64,000 nucleotides of DNA from an uncultured Pseudomonadales bacterium. Lineage in GTDB: Bacteria > Patescibacteriota > Microgenomatia > UBA1400 > PJMF01. A model generated the notes under the pieces. It worked only from the letters and a program-made list of their open reading frames with translations. It did not search any database and was not told where the DNA came from. Position numbers and translations under genes: made by a program. Below are positions 35,827 to 46,215 of the stretch, piece after piece. Position 1 is the stretch's first letter. Each line of letters opens with the position of its first letter. Location of the stretch: positions 252,312 to 316,311 of the forward strand of contig CAZWWE010000001.1 in the NCBI GenBank assembly GCA_964637295.1, read 5' to 3'.

Positions 35827-38736
35827 CTATAGCGAGTTCATGGCATTGACCAAAATGGCCATAGTAATCGAGCCCGGTCTGTCATAACGAGGATATTGAC
35901 TACCGTCACTAAAATTTTGACAAACGTTCGAGCCAGCGTAACAAAATTTTTTAGCATTTTCGATCAACCAATTTTTCTTTTCATCACTAAAATTCCAAAT
36001 ACTTTGTTTTTGGTCTAAATCAGCTCTCAGTTTAGCAATTACACTGGCAGTGGGACTGACGCTACAATTAAATTCTACATAATCAAGACAAAAAACTAGA
36101 TCCATGTCAGCATGGCGTTCATCAATGTAAGCAAGTGGGTGGGGATGATCTTCACTAGTAAATTGTGGTGGGCATTTGCCGCCATTTAGCCAGCGAGTTG
36201 ACTTGGCACAATTTTGATTACCCAAACCATTGTAGGCACCAATGGCTGCCACCAAAGTTTCGTAGTCAATATTGTTTTTATCGAAACCATTGGTAAATTT
36301 CTCAATTAAGTGTTCCATGGCCAGCTTAGCATCTTCTTTCAGTGAGCCGCCGTGCAAGTTCCCACCGTCAAAAAGTGACTGATCAGCGTTTGAACCACCT
36401 TCAGTCCAGTGGATACCGGCCGCAATTTCGCAAGGAATGCCAGTCATTTTTTCTGCATATTCATAAGCCTCGATGACTTCAGGAGTTAATCTGGGGGCAA
36501 TTTCCGCAGTGAAAATATCTTTGGCGAATTGCGGAATACCTGCAACATCTGGCATGTTTTTAATATTTTTGAACGCTTCGCCGCTACAGGCACTAGCAGA
36601 ATTTTTGCCACGGGGTTTACCACTGCAACGACCCAAGAACATGTCTTCCACTCTCTGACAAGAAGCGATGTAATCATAGGTTTGCTCGAAGCTGGCTCTC
36701 AAGGTTTGTTGAATTTTGCGCAACATGAAACCCAATCCAAAATCTGGCAATAGAATTTCTTTTTCTCCCTCATCTAAGTTCACTCCAAAATCGTAATTAG
36801 TACAAACTTGTACAATTTTTGTTGAAGGCACACCATTGGCATTTGTTTCTATAATTTCCTCATCGTGACATTCGTCGGCTAGACTAATAGAGTCACTGGC
36901 TTTGATGCCGATGTCTGCTCCTTTGAAAGTGTAATACTTGGGAATAACTCCTTTTTTGTTTTTCATGTCTTCAATGACGTTATTGCGTACCGTGTCAAAA
37001 AAAATTTCTTCATTCCAGAAAATCCCCAAAGCTTTATTAACATCTTTAATGGTTTCTCCAAGAGGAATGACTAAATAAGCGTTAACAATCATGGGTTCCT
37101 CTAATTTGGGTGGATCACTATTAATGGTCAATTGCCATTGAAAAAGATTGGTGTCTGCTGATTTTAATTTATCGACAATAAGTTGATTGACTGGACTTTG
37201 GTATTGATCTTTTTTAATATCCTTGGAGGCAGGCGTAAACAAGTCGCCTGCTTTTTCCCAATTCAACTCTTCTTGATTAAAAATTTCTTCGATGCCAGCG
37301 CTGCCACTCGCACTGTTTGTGGTAGTATTTTCAGTGCCCAACAAATTGCCAGCTAGCGTAGTTTCTTCAACAATTCTCAAAGTTGTGTTGGTGCAATTAG
37401 GAGCGCTACCGTTGATCATGTCGATTAAGACATTGCGCAAAGCATTGTCATCACTTCTTTGGCATTGAGGATAACTATCCGGACATTTAATAATGGGACT
37501 GCCCAAGTAGGGTGCACCTTTGGCTAATTCATAAATTTCCTTTCTTTTATTTTCTTGATCTTTATGATCTTTGGTATTTTGGGCTTTGACTTGAATAGCC
37601 ATCTTAGTTAATTCTAGGGTATCAACATTGCCGGTTGCCAAAGATTTGTTGGTGCCAAAGTCTGGGATTTTAAAAGCTACGATGATGGGCGCATGTACTT
37701 CTTCGTCAATTTGCGGATTGGCTTGTAAAAAATAAAAAGTGTCATTAGCTGCGCTTTTACCTTTATTTTGTTGAGGCACTAAGACTAAAAAAGCTAGACG
37801 ATAAAGAGAATCTAAATCAATTGGCAAGCGAGCGACTGCTGCTCTTAAACTTGCCAACTGATCAAGGCTGATACTTGGTGCTTCGTTTTCTTCCTGATCT
37901 TGCTTGGATGCAGAAAACTGATCGATGGTCAAATCAGCACAAACTTTTTTGTACAATTCTTCATTTTTTAGATTTGGTCTAGCTTGAGCAACCCAATCCA
38001 TTAGAATTTGATTATCAAAATTGACGTCAACGATGTGCTCATCGACCTTCAATTCTTGTTGACTCATGATTGAGCGACTGGCGCCTTGTTCATTAACCGC
38101 AATTTGAAAAGTATATGTTTTATTTAAAGAACAAGGCTCACCAACAATTTCTTTGCAAATTTTAATAGCAGAGAGAGTATTTTGAATTTTGGCCAAACAC
38201 TGATCGTAACTAGAGAGCAATCTTTGACTTACGCCAGCAGCATTGAGCATGTATTCGTTACCAATTTGTTGATAATTAGCTCCAAACATACCTTCAAAAG
38301 AACTATTTTTCAAAGTTTCTGTTTTGGTTTCCATGCCTCGCAAAAGTGGGATGCGGGCTTTGGACAGGTCAACCAGATAAGGATCATTGCCTCCAAAAAT
38401 AGTGGGATTAAATCCTTTGTAAAAACTTTCTTGCGGAGGAGTACCGCTGCTAAAAAACTTGTCAATTTCTCCCCAAAGAGTTTTGTTAATTACCCACTGC
38501 GCCCCGCCGCAATGTGCCTCATAACCCTGATCTTTAATCATGTTATTTAACAAGTCTTCGTAGAACAAACCAGCTTTGGCTTGTGGCAAAAACATGGGCA
38601 GCAGCGTGTAAGTGGCACTTTCGCTAGCCACAGACGCTTGAGTATTTTGTGCCTCAACTGGTTTGGCTTTAAGCAAAAACAATTGGCAAAACAAAAAAAA
38701 GCAGAGTAAATTTATCTTGAAAAATCGATTAAACAC
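35827..38736 (-). CDS. Large secreted Cys-containing protein with C-terminal lysozyme/lytic-transglycosylase-like domain
   Basis: Signal peptide (VEA); AYEYAEKMTGIPCEIAAGIHWTEGG and AAIGAYNG resemble SLT motifs I and III. Confidence 0.6.
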   Translation of the reverse strand: MFNRFFKINLLCFFLFCQLFLLKAKPVEAQNTQASVASESATYTLLPMFLPQAKAGLFYEDLLNNMIKDQGYEAHCGGAQWVINKTLWGEIDKFFSSGTPPQESFYKGFNPTIFGGNDPYLVDLSKARIPLLRGMETKTETLKNSSFEGMFGANYQQIGNEYMLNAAGVSQRLLSSYDQCLAKIQNTLSAIKICKEIVGEPCSLNKTYTFQIAVNEQGASRSIMSQQELKVDEHIVDVNFDNQILMDWVAQARPNLKNEELYKKVCADLTIDQFSASKQDQEENEAPSISLDQLASLRAAVARLPIDLDSLYRLAFLVLVPQQNKGKSAANDTFYFLQANPQIDEEVHAPIIVAFKIPDFGTNKSLATGNVDTLELTKMAIQVKAQNTKDHKDQENKRKEIYELAKGAPYLGSPIIKCPDSYPQCQRSDDNALRNVLIDMINGSAPNCTNTTLRIVEETTLAGNLLGTENTTTNSASGSAGIEEIFNQEELNWEKAGDLFTPASKDIKKDQYQSPVNQLIVDKLKSADTNLFQWQLTINSDPPKLEEPMIVNAYLVIPLGETIKDVNKALGIFWNEEIFFDTVRNNVIEDMKNKKGVIPKYYTFKGADIGIKASDSISLADECHDEEIIETNANGVPSTKIVQVCTNYDFGVNLDEGEKEILLPDFGLGFMLRKIQQTLRASFEQTYDYIASCQRVEDMFLGRCSGKPRGKNSASACSGEAFKNIKNMPDVAGIPQFAKDIFTAEIAPRLTPEVIEAYEYAEKMTGIPCEIAAGIHWTEGGSNADQSLFDGGNLHGGSLKEDAKLAMEHLIEKFTNGFDKNNIDYETLVAAIGAYNGLGNQNCAKSTRWLNGGKCPPQFTSEDHPHPLAYIDERHADMDLVFCLDYVEFNCSVSPTASVIAKLRADLDQKQSIWNFSDEKKNWLIENAKKFCYAGSNVCQNFSDGSQYPRYDRPGSITMAILVNAMNSL

Positions 38737-38763
38737 GTTCTTATTATACTAAGAACAAGAGTT

Positions 38764-39657
38764 CTAGGAAAGAATGCGAATACCAAAAATAATTTCCAAG
38801 AGTTGAGCGATCCAGTAGGCAGCAAATAAAATAATAAAACCAATGATGGCTGAGGTAATTTTTTGCTTCCCTTCGTCTAATGATTTGGAGTTATTAGCTC
38901 CAGATAACATTTGAAAACCTCCAAGCAACATGACGACGAATAAAATAATACCTGCGATGGGAAAAATGAAAAACTGCAGTGCTCGAGAAATAATTTTTCC
39001 AGGATTTGACAAATCTACGCTACTACCACCGATTTTAAAGGGATTGAGGCTTTCTAAGGTTGCCGCGCTAACTTCAACGTCATTAATTCCTACATCAGTA
39101 TTCTGACATTGACCATCTCGGTACCAGCCACAGCAACGAGTGTTACCAGTACTGCGATTGGGAATTGCCTCTTGATTAGAGCACACACACTTTTTGGCAT
39201 TTTGAGCATCGGGATCATATTCAGTGCCACAATAAACCTCGTTGACCTGAGGGGGAGCGCTGAGACATTGAGTTTTTTCTGGATTTAGCCAGCCGCAGCA
39301 GACTCTGTTGACCACATAATTATAGGACTGCCATTGTCCTCCTGGACAATCGCAAACCCCTCCCTGTGGGACGCTGGCTCTCATTCTGCTTTCACCACAG
39401 GCATAAATATTTGGATCCTTATTGGCGTAGCACTGACCTTCGATGGAAGAATAAGAGCCGCAGCAGTAATATATTTCACTAAGGACATTGCCGATAAAAT
39501 CTGGTTTATTATTAACATTACTGCAATTGCACATATTACTAACATCTTCTCCAAGTCGAGCTCTGAAAGTTTCACCGCATTGATATGCCTGGCTAGTATT
39601 AGTGAAAATTAAACAGAAAAAAACAGAAATAAATAGAGTTTTTAGTATTTTTTTCAT
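38764..39657 (-). CDS. VirB2-like pilin 8 with three N-terminal 6-Cys repeats
   Basis: Start moved to ATG 39657; signal peptide (SQA); repeats CG..CxC..CCG..QC x3; C-terminal TM-GANNSKSLDEGKQKITSAIIG-TM. Confidence 0.75.
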   Translation of the reverse strand: MKKILKTLFISVFFCLIFTNTSQAYQCGETFRARLGEDVSNMCNCSNVNNKPDFIGNVLSEIYYCCGSYSSIEGQCYANKDPNIYACGESRMRASVPQGGVCDCPGGQWQSYNYVVNRVCCGWLNPEKTQCLSAPPQVNEVYCGTEYDPDAQNAKKCVCSNQEAIPNRSTGNTRCCGWYRDGQCQNTDVGINDVEVSAATLESLNPFKIGGSSVDLSNPGKIISRALQFFIFPIAGIILFVVMLLGGFQMLSGANNSKSLDEGKQKITSAIIGFIILFAAYWIAQLLEIIFGIRILS

Positions 39658-39658
39658 C

Positions 39659-40519
39659 TTATTCTCCAAATCCTGGTATGCGTAAAATTGATACACCAAT
39701 AAATTGTAAGATAGTGACTGAAAAAATGACAAATAAAAGGCCAATAATTGCCGAAGTAATAATTTCTTTTGCCTCTTTGGTTTTATTTGGATCGCCTTGA
39801 GAAACTGATAGCATGAAAGAACCCACCAAAATCATAATTAGAACGATGCCGCCACCGGCTGTCAGGCCAATGGTCACGATGGTTGTAATAACACTTTCTG
39901 GATCACTAGGAATACAACCTACAGCTGTCCAGACGCCGCCATTTTGAAAACAAGCCTGACAAGCTTCGAATTGGCTGGTGCCTTCTTTGATTTGTTGTTT
40001 GCAAAGATCATAATTGGCAACTGCGTCAGTTTTTGTATTACATTGATTTTCCTCATTGCCGCATTGCAAAGCTGCTTGCGGAGAAGCAATGTAAATTTTT
40101 TGATCTGTAGTGGTGAGAGTGGGATATAAAATAACTGTTAGTTTATAAGAGCAATTAGGTTCAATATTTTTTCCTGCAATCACAATATCAACCGCGCCAT
40201 TTTTTACATCAAAAAAAGAATTATACATATCAGTAAATCCATTTTTGCAAGCTAAAGTTGTGCCGTCTAAATAAACTTTAATAGCTTTTCCATCAACAAT
40301 TTTGCCATCCGCATAAGCGATGTCGGTTAATTTCACATGCACATCTGTTCCAGCCTGGACACAGCCACTTAAAAAATTGCAATTTTGTCCATCTCTTTCT
40401 TGATAGACTTCCGTTGTCCCAATTCTGGCAGTCCCAGCCGCCAACACTTCTTTCACGTTGAGTGAAAAAAGTGAGCTAATCAATAAAAACACTAGAGCTA
40501 TTTTTCTCATTTTCGTCAC
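39659..40519 (-). CDS. VirB2-like pilin 9 with N-terminal beta-rich extracellular domain
   Basis: Signal peptide (VLA); WTAVGCIP; C-terminal TM-SQGDPNKTKEAKEIITSAIIG-TM. Confidence 0.75.
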   Translation of the reverse strand: MTKMRKIALVFLLISSLFSLNVKEVLAAGTARIGTTEVYQERDGQNCNFLSGCVQAGTDVHVKLTDIAYADGKIVDGKAIKVYLDGTTLACKNGFTDMYNSFFDVKNGAVDIVIAGKNIEPNCSYKLTVILYPTLTTTDQKIYIASPQAALQCGNEENQCNTKTDAVANYDLCKQQIKEGTSQFEACQACFQNGGVWTAVGCIPSDPESVITTIVTIGLTAGGGIVLIMILVGSFMLSVSQGDPNKTKEAKEIITSAIIGLLFVIFSVTILQFIGVSILRIPGFGE

Positions 40520-40579
40520 CTCTATATTAAATCATTAAATCTCATTAAAACCAAGCTTTTATTATAGTAGAATGGAATC

Positions 40580-42295
40580 ATGAAGCTGCTGCGTCATTTA
40601 TTTTTTTTACTTTGTTTACTGCTTTCTGTTGCGCTAGTTTTGTTTGCAAATTTATGGTTTATACCTAAAACAGCCCAGGCGATTTCAGATATTGAGCAGT
40701 TACAACAAGACATTGACAAGCTAGAAGAGCTCAAAAAACTTTCCGAAAATGCGACTGCTCCTCTCGAAAAAGAAGTGGCCGGTTTAGAAGCAAGGATCAA
40801 TTCAGCTCAAGCCGGAATTAATAAAGCCAAAACTCAAGCTCAAGAATTGGCTAAAAATATCGAAAAGAGAGAAACTGATTTGGCCTATCATTATCAACTT
40901 TTTGCCAATCGTGTTGCCGAATCATATAAAAGAGAGCGTGTCTTTAATCCCTTGGCTCTTTTTCTTTCTAGTCAAAATGCTAGTCAAATGACCAAAGATT
41001 TGGCTTATAAAGAATCGGCTCGCGCTCAAGATGACCGCTTGATTCGTTCTCTTTCTGGAGAAATTGCTCAGTTGCAGGCAGATAAAAAACAATTAGAGTC
41101 TGATCAAATTCGTTTAGCCGCTCTTTCAGTTCAACTTGACAAGCAGGCCGATTTTTTCAAAGGCGAAATCGCCAAGGCTAAGGCTTATCAAAGCGAATTG
41201 AGTGGCAAAATAGCGTCTTTATCAGCCAAACAGCAAGCGATTTTGTCGGAAAAATCTGGTACTTTTCAAACCACTGTCGGTGACGTGCCTTTGGCCGATG
41301 ATCCAGCCAGTCGCCCTGATTATAAACCGGGTTTCTCACCAGCTTTTGCCGTGTTTAGTTTTGGAGCACCACATTTCAAAGGCATGAGCCAATATGGAGC
41401 TTTGGGTCGTGCCAAAAGTGGCCAAAGCTACGAAAAGATTCTCAGGGCTTATTACGGAAGTGGGATAGAAATCAAAACTGTTGATGTCAATCAAAAAATC
41501 ACCGTTGATGGCTATGGTTCTTATTCTTTGGAAGAATACACCAAGAGAATTTATGAAGTGCCCAACAGCTGGGGAGACGACGGTGGTATGGAGGCGCTCA
41601 AAGCTCAAGCAGTGGCAGCACGCAGTTATGTTTTGGCGAGAGGGTCTTCAATCTGTGCGACTGAAGCCTGCCAGGTTTTTAAGCCAAGTCCCAAAGGGGG
41701 TAATTGGGAAAAAGCTGTCAATGAAACTAAGGGCAAGGTGGTTTATGCCAACGGCAAACCTTTTTCGACTTGGTACGCCTCTACTTCAGGTGGATATCAA
41801 GAGTCATATTCTGCCAATGGCTATTCAACACCAGGTTTTTGGGATACAGCTGATGGACGTAATGGTTGGACCTCCAAAGCTTATGAAAAAATTGCTGGTT
41901 CACCGTGGTTTTATAAAGCCTGGTATAAAACTAGATCGGGAGATGCTTGTGGACGCAATCATCCTTGGCTAACAAGTGAAGAAATGGCTGATATTTTAAA
42001 TGCTTGGGTGGTGATGTATAAAGGTGGTGGAGACAGTGGGCGAGTGACTCCAGAATCTTCTTGTTGGGGTGGTAATCCTTATAGCAAGAATGATCTACAA
42101 AAAATTGGTGGTTTTACTAGCGTCAGTGGGGTGAGTGTCAAATATTCCAATAATGGCACTACGGCTGAAGTTAGCTTCCAAACTAACAAGGGTAGCGTCA
42201 CCATCAATGGTAATGAATTTTATAAAACCTTCAACTTAAGAGCTCCGGGTAGAATTTCGGTCAAATCGGGGTTGTTTAATATCGAGAAAAAATAA
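40580..42295 (+). CDS. Coiled-coil + SpoIID/LytB-domain peptidoglycan hydrolase
   Basis: Signal peptide, long coiled coil, H.KGMSQYGA, YEVPNSW, EALKAQAVAARSY, ICATEACQVF, YASTSGG. Confidence 0.85.
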   Translation: MKLLRHLFFLLCLLLSVALVLFANLWFIPKTAQAISDIEQLQQDIDKLEELKKLSENATAPLEKEVAGLEARINSAQAGINKAKTQAQELAKNIEKRETDLAYHYQLFANRVAESYKRERVFNPLALFLSSQNASQMTKDLAYKESARAQDDRLIRSLSGEIAQLQADKKQLESDQIRLAALSVQLDKQADFFKGEIAKAKAYQSELSGKIASLSAKQQAILSEKSGTFQTTVGDVPLADDPASRPDYKPGFSPAFAVFSFGAPHFKGMSQYGALGRAKSGQSYEKILRAYYGSGIEIKTVDVNQKITVDGYGSYSLEEYTKRIYEVPNSWGDDGGMEALKAQAVAARSYVLARGSSICATEACQVFKPSPKGGNWEKAVNETKGKVVYANGKPFSTWYASTSGGYQESYSANGYSTPGFWDTADGRNGWTSKAYEKIAGSPWFYKAWYKTRSGDACGRNHPWLTSEEMADILNAWVVMYKGGGDSGRVTPESSCWGGNPYSKNDLQKIGGFTSVSGVSVKYSNNGTTAEVSFQTNKGSVTINGNEFYKTFNLRAPGRISVKSGLFNIEKK

Positions 42296-42296
42296 A

Positions 42297-44132
42297 TTAA
42301 ATTCCTCGCAAATATTTAGCAGCCCACGGTCTGTAGTTACTGTAATAATAGTCTTCGCGAATTAGTTCACCATCTTTGTCACGAATAACATTGGTGAATT
42401 CAGCCTTAATTCCGCTGGCTGCCCAATCGATTTGTTTGAGTTGACCTGGTTTCAGACTAGGATCGGGAATGTAAACAGCTGGCAAAGCGGGGACTTGTCC
42501 CCATTTTTTATATTTACTAATTTCTGTTTTGCGGCCATCGCTGGCGCCATAAAGCTTACAAAACATATAAAGTTTTTTACTGTCGCTTTGACAGCTAATT
42601 AAAATGTGGCCTGGAGTATCGTTGATAAAACGCAAATCAACGTTGCCTGCATACACTGTGGCGTCAAAACCTGGCTCATTACCAATTTCGTAGTAAGAAA
42701 CTCGATAAGCATGTGGTAATCTTCTGGTAATTTTAACTCCAGCATTCAGTAAGGCCCGAAAAAGAGTGCTGCTCACTTGACAAACTCCGCCACCTGGCGC
42801 CAATTTTGTTTCGCCTTTTTCAATAATATAAGCATTTTTAAAACCAGTTTTATCGGAAACTTCACCTAGAGCTTGATTAAAAGAAAATTCTTCTCCAGGT
42901 TTAACCAAATGAAGATTGATGCGATCGGTGGTCAAAGCGACGTTATCAATACGTCCAGGAATGGAATGATCGTACCAACTTTCGCCAAAACCAATGACTT
43001 CTTTGATGCCCAACTCATTGGTTTCGGCCAAAGTAATTTCTGCAGGACTATTTTTCATGGGAATTACAAAGGTATTTTCTTGGACAATTTGTTGTTCACT
43101 GGCTTCTTTTGTTTCTAGTTCAAGAATTTTTTCCAAAAATTCACTTAAAATTTTTTCCACCGCTTGAGTATCAATTTCAAGTCCATCTTGATCGGGAACA
43201 AATTCTGTAACTTTTAAGCTTTCTGGATCATATTGAAAACTTGCATTGCGACTGGGTCGATTGATTTGAGTTTTCAACTCTTCTAGAAAGGTTTCGATCT
43301 TTTCTTGATCTAATTTATCTGGTAAAGCGATTAAATCTAACAACTGTTGATCATTGAGAGCGATTTTTTGGTATTCATAAGTCAAATGAAGGGTTTGTTT
43401 GATGAATTTTTTAAGCAGTTTTTCGCTGGTTTCAATTTCTGCTTTAGATAATGGTGAAGTTGTTTGCAAAACTCTTGCTTGGACTTGCCAGTCTTTTTCT
43501 GTTAGCTCTACAATTTTTTTGGCAAAAATTTGCGTGCGAATGGCGTCAAGACTTTCATTAATAAGTAATTCTTGGCCCACTTGACCCTCATCTATCAGAA
43601 TTTCTTGATTTTTGATTAAGGCACTTGGTTTTTTGCCTGGCTGATCAACTTGTTTTTTCAATTCTTCCAAAAGAGCGCGAATCTGATTTTCTTCATAAGT
43701 TAAATAAAAATAATAGCGCTCTGCTTGCCATTGAGCAGTGAGCATTTTTTTCAGTTGTTGCCAAACAGAACCCTGATGTTGCCTAGCAAAAATCTTTGTT
43801 AAGTTTGAGTCAATATCATTAACCACTCCCAAATCTTGAAGCTTAGCTTCCACCTTTTTTTCTTGCACAAAAACTTGTAAAGACGTTTTTTCTAGGTCGA
43901 TAGAATTTTCTGTTGACTTTATCAATTTGCTTTTAGCTTCGGCCAAAGTTAGACCACTTACGTTAATATTTTCTACAAAAGTTTTTTGATAAAAACGTGC
44001 TTGATAATAAGTCAAATACAATCTCAGTAAGATGATGCTCATGAGCATCAGACCGAAACCTGTTCCAAATAAAAGCCAAAACGACTTTTTTTGTTGAAAG
44101 TTGAGCTTGATTGCTGAGTAAATTTTATCCAT
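42297..44132 (-). CDS. VanW-family protein with PG-binding repeats
   Basis: N-terminal TM, INVSGLT..EA, VKPGEEFSFNQALG, GGGVCQVSSTLFRA, DATVY...DLRFINDT. Confidence 0.88.
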   Translation of the reverse strand: MDKIYSAIKLNFQQKKSFWLLFGTGFGLMLMSIILLRLYLTYYQARFYQKTFVENINVSGLTLAEAKSKLIKSTENSIDLEKTSLQVFVQEKKVEAKLQDLGVVNDIDSNLTKIFARQHQGSVWQQLKKMLTAQWQAERYYFYLTYEENQIRALLEELKKQVDQPGKKPSALIKNQEILIDEGQVGQELLINESLDAIRTQIFAKKIVELTEKDWQVQARVLQTTSPLSKAEIETSEKLLKKFIKQTLHLTYEYQKIALNDQQLLDLIALPDKLDQEKIETFLEELKTQINRPSRNASFQYDPESLKVTEFVPDQDGLEIDTQAVEKILSEFLEKILELETKEASEQQIVQENTFVIPMKNSPAEITLAETNELGIKEVIGFGESWYDHSIPGRIDNVALTTDRINLHLVKPGEEFSFNQALGEVSDKTGFKNAYIIEKGETKLAPGGGVCQVSSTLFRALLNAGVKITRRLPHAYRVSYYEIGNEPGFDATVYAGNVDLRFINDTPGHILISCQSDSKKLYMFCKLYGASDGRKTEISKYKKWGQVPALPAVYIPDPSLKPGQLKQIDWAASGIKAEFTNVIRDKDGELIREDYYYSNYRPWAAKYLRGI

Positions 44133-44172
44133 AATAACAATACTACATTGTACTTTGTAGTCTGTTATTATG
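44130..44172. promoter_or_regulatory. Palindromic bidirectional promoter region between vanW-like and SBP genes
   Basis: CATAATAACA 44130-44139 / TGTTATTATG 44163-44172 and ACTACA / TGTAGT inner arms. Confidence 0.55.
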
Positions 44173-46209
44173 CCAAGTCAAAACTTGCCCAAACCCAATC
44201 TGCCTGGTCAAAGTAGCCCAGTGAGCCAGAGCGACGCTGTTTCACAGCTTAATGCTTTGACTCAAGCTAACGCGCAGACAGTGTTTAGTCAAACAGCTCC
44301 TCAACCTCAGCAATTACAAAAAACCAATTTCGGAGCACAAGTCGTTCCTGGTGGCTTATCCAGAGAAAATCCTGGTGGCACACCACCCAACATGAAAGTG
44401 GCGGCACCAGCGCCGACTTTAACTCAAGAACAAATTGCTGCTCAAAATACTGTAATCGACCAAAACAAGCAACCTTTAGCAAGCATTTCTAATAGTCGTC
44501 CGCTTGGTCCTTTGGACCAAATCTCTTTGGGCGTGAAAACCAATTCTGCTTCAACTAGTGCTGCTGCGACCAGTACTGCTGCGACTGCTCAAGTTAATCA
44601 ATCAGCCCAGCCAGCTCAAGCATCACCAACTTTGGCACCTTCAACGCCTTCGACGCCAATTAGTACGCCAACTAATATCCCGATTAGTACGTCAAAGAGT
44701 GCTGCGACAAGTTTACCTGCCGTTGCGCCAGCCGCCGCCAAAACCCCCGCTTTTACATCTCCTGCAGCGACTAGTAAGACCTCAAATATCCAACCTGAGC
44801 AGATTGGTCAAACTGCAAATAAAGCGACCGGTATTTTAAGCAAATTCAAAAACAAAAAGTTTTTATTGACCCTATTGATTGGGGGAGGAATTTTACTTTT
44901 AATTATTTTAATTGCTTTATTGTTTAATTCTTTCAAAGCTAAAACTAACACCAGCAAGGTTAAAACCTCCACGAACAGCGATAGCGGCACCACTGCTACT
45001 GGTAATAGTACGGGACAAATTAGCACCATTACTTATTGGGGCTTATGGGAAGATAGCCAAATTTTGAAAGAAGTGATCGCTGATTTTGAAAGTAAAAATC
45101 CAAGCATTAAGATTGATTATCGTAAACAATCTCATCGTGATTACCGCGAAAGACTCCAACAAGCCATTCTTTCTGGTAACGGCCCAGATATTTTTCGCTA
45201 TCACGTCACTTGGACCTCGATGCTAGGCGCCGACTTAGCTCCAATGCCAGCCAATGTAATGAGTGTGGCTCAGTACAAAGAGATTTTTTATCCCACTGCC
45301 TACAATAATTTGCAGGTGGGCGGGCAAATTGTAGGTATTCCCTTGATGTATGATGGTCTAGCGCTGTTTTATAACAAAGAAATGTTGAAAACAGCCAATA
45401 TCGAGGTGCCTAAAACTTGGGCAGAACTGCGCACTGCCGCTAATAAATTAACTGTACCAGCAAACCCAAGTGAGCGCTCTAATTTAGTGAGAGCAGGTTT
45501 GGCCATTGGTAATGCGGGCAACGTCGACCATTTTTCTGACATTTTGGCTCTACTGATTATTCAAAATGGAGGCAATCCCGCTGAGGCTACTAGCCAATAT
45601 GTCAAAGATGCGATTACTTTTTACACTAACTTTGTTAAACAAGACAAAGTTTGGTCAGATCGACTTGCTAATTCCACCACCGCCTTTGCCAAGGGTGATG
45701 TGGCGATGATTTTTGCTCCTTCATGGAGAATTCATGACATTAAAGCCATCAACCCACAATTAGACTTTGCAGTGGCGAGAGTGCCGCAGCTCAACAGTGA
45801 AAGTCCAGTTAGTTGGGCTACCTTTTGGGCTGAGGGAGTGAGTAATAAAAGTAAAAACAAAGAAGCAGCTTGGGCCTTTTTGAAATATTTATCAACTCCA
45901 GAAGTGTTGCGTAAATTTTATAATAGTGCCAGTCAATACCGAGCCTTTGGCGAAATTTACCCACGCATCGACATGACGAGTGAACTCCAAAACAGTGACA
46001 CTGTGGCGGCCTATGTCGAAGATGCGCCTTTGGCGAAAACTTGGTCTATGGCAAGCTTTACTCATGATAACGGAATTAATGATCAAATCATTAAATATTA
46101 TGAAGATGCGGTCAACGCTGTTTTGTCTGGTGCTGATGTTAACAAAGCATTGGAAACCACTAAAACAGGCATTAGCACCGTGATTAGCAAGTACTCAAGT
46201 TCTAAATAA
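44170..46209 (+). CDS. Sugar-type extracellular solute-binding protein with long low-complexity N-terminus
   Basis: Pro/Ser/Thr/Gln-rich N-terminus, TM, ITYWGLWE, GPDIF, LALFYNKEML, PKTWAEL, AWAFLKYL. Confidence 0.8.
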   Translation: MPSQNLPKPNLPGQSSPVSQSDAVSQLNALTQANAQTVFSQTAPQPQQLQKTNFGAQVVPGGLSRENPGGTPPNMKVAAPAPTLTQEQIAAQNTVIDQNKQPLASISNSRPLGPLDQISLGVKTNSASTSAAATSTAATAQVNQSAQPAQASPTLAPSTPSTPISTPTNIPISTSKSAATSLPAVAPAAAKTPAFTSPAATSKTSNIQPEQIGQTANKATGILSKFKNKKFLLTLLIGGGILLLIILIALLFNSFKAKTNTSKVKTSTNSDSGTTATGNSTGQISTITYWGLWEDSQILKEVIADFESKNPSIKIDYRKQSHRDYRERLQQAILSGNGPDIFRYHVTWTSMLGADLAPMPANVMSVAQYKEIFYPTAYNNLQVGGQIVGIPLMYDGLALFYNKEMLKTANIEVPKTWAELRTAANKLTVPANPSERSNLVRAGLAIGNAGNVDHFSDILALLIIQNGGNPAEATSQYVKDAITFYTNFVKQDKVWSDRLANSTTAFAKGDVAMIFAPSWRIHDIKAINPQLDFAVARVPQLNSESPVSWATFWAEGVSNKSKNKEAAWAFLKYLSTPEVLRKFYNSASQYRAFGEIYPRIDMTSELQNSDTVAAYVEDAPLAKTWSMASFTHDNGINDQIIKYYEDAVNAVLSGADVNKALETTKTGISTVISKYSSSK

Positions 46210-46215
46210 GTTTTA

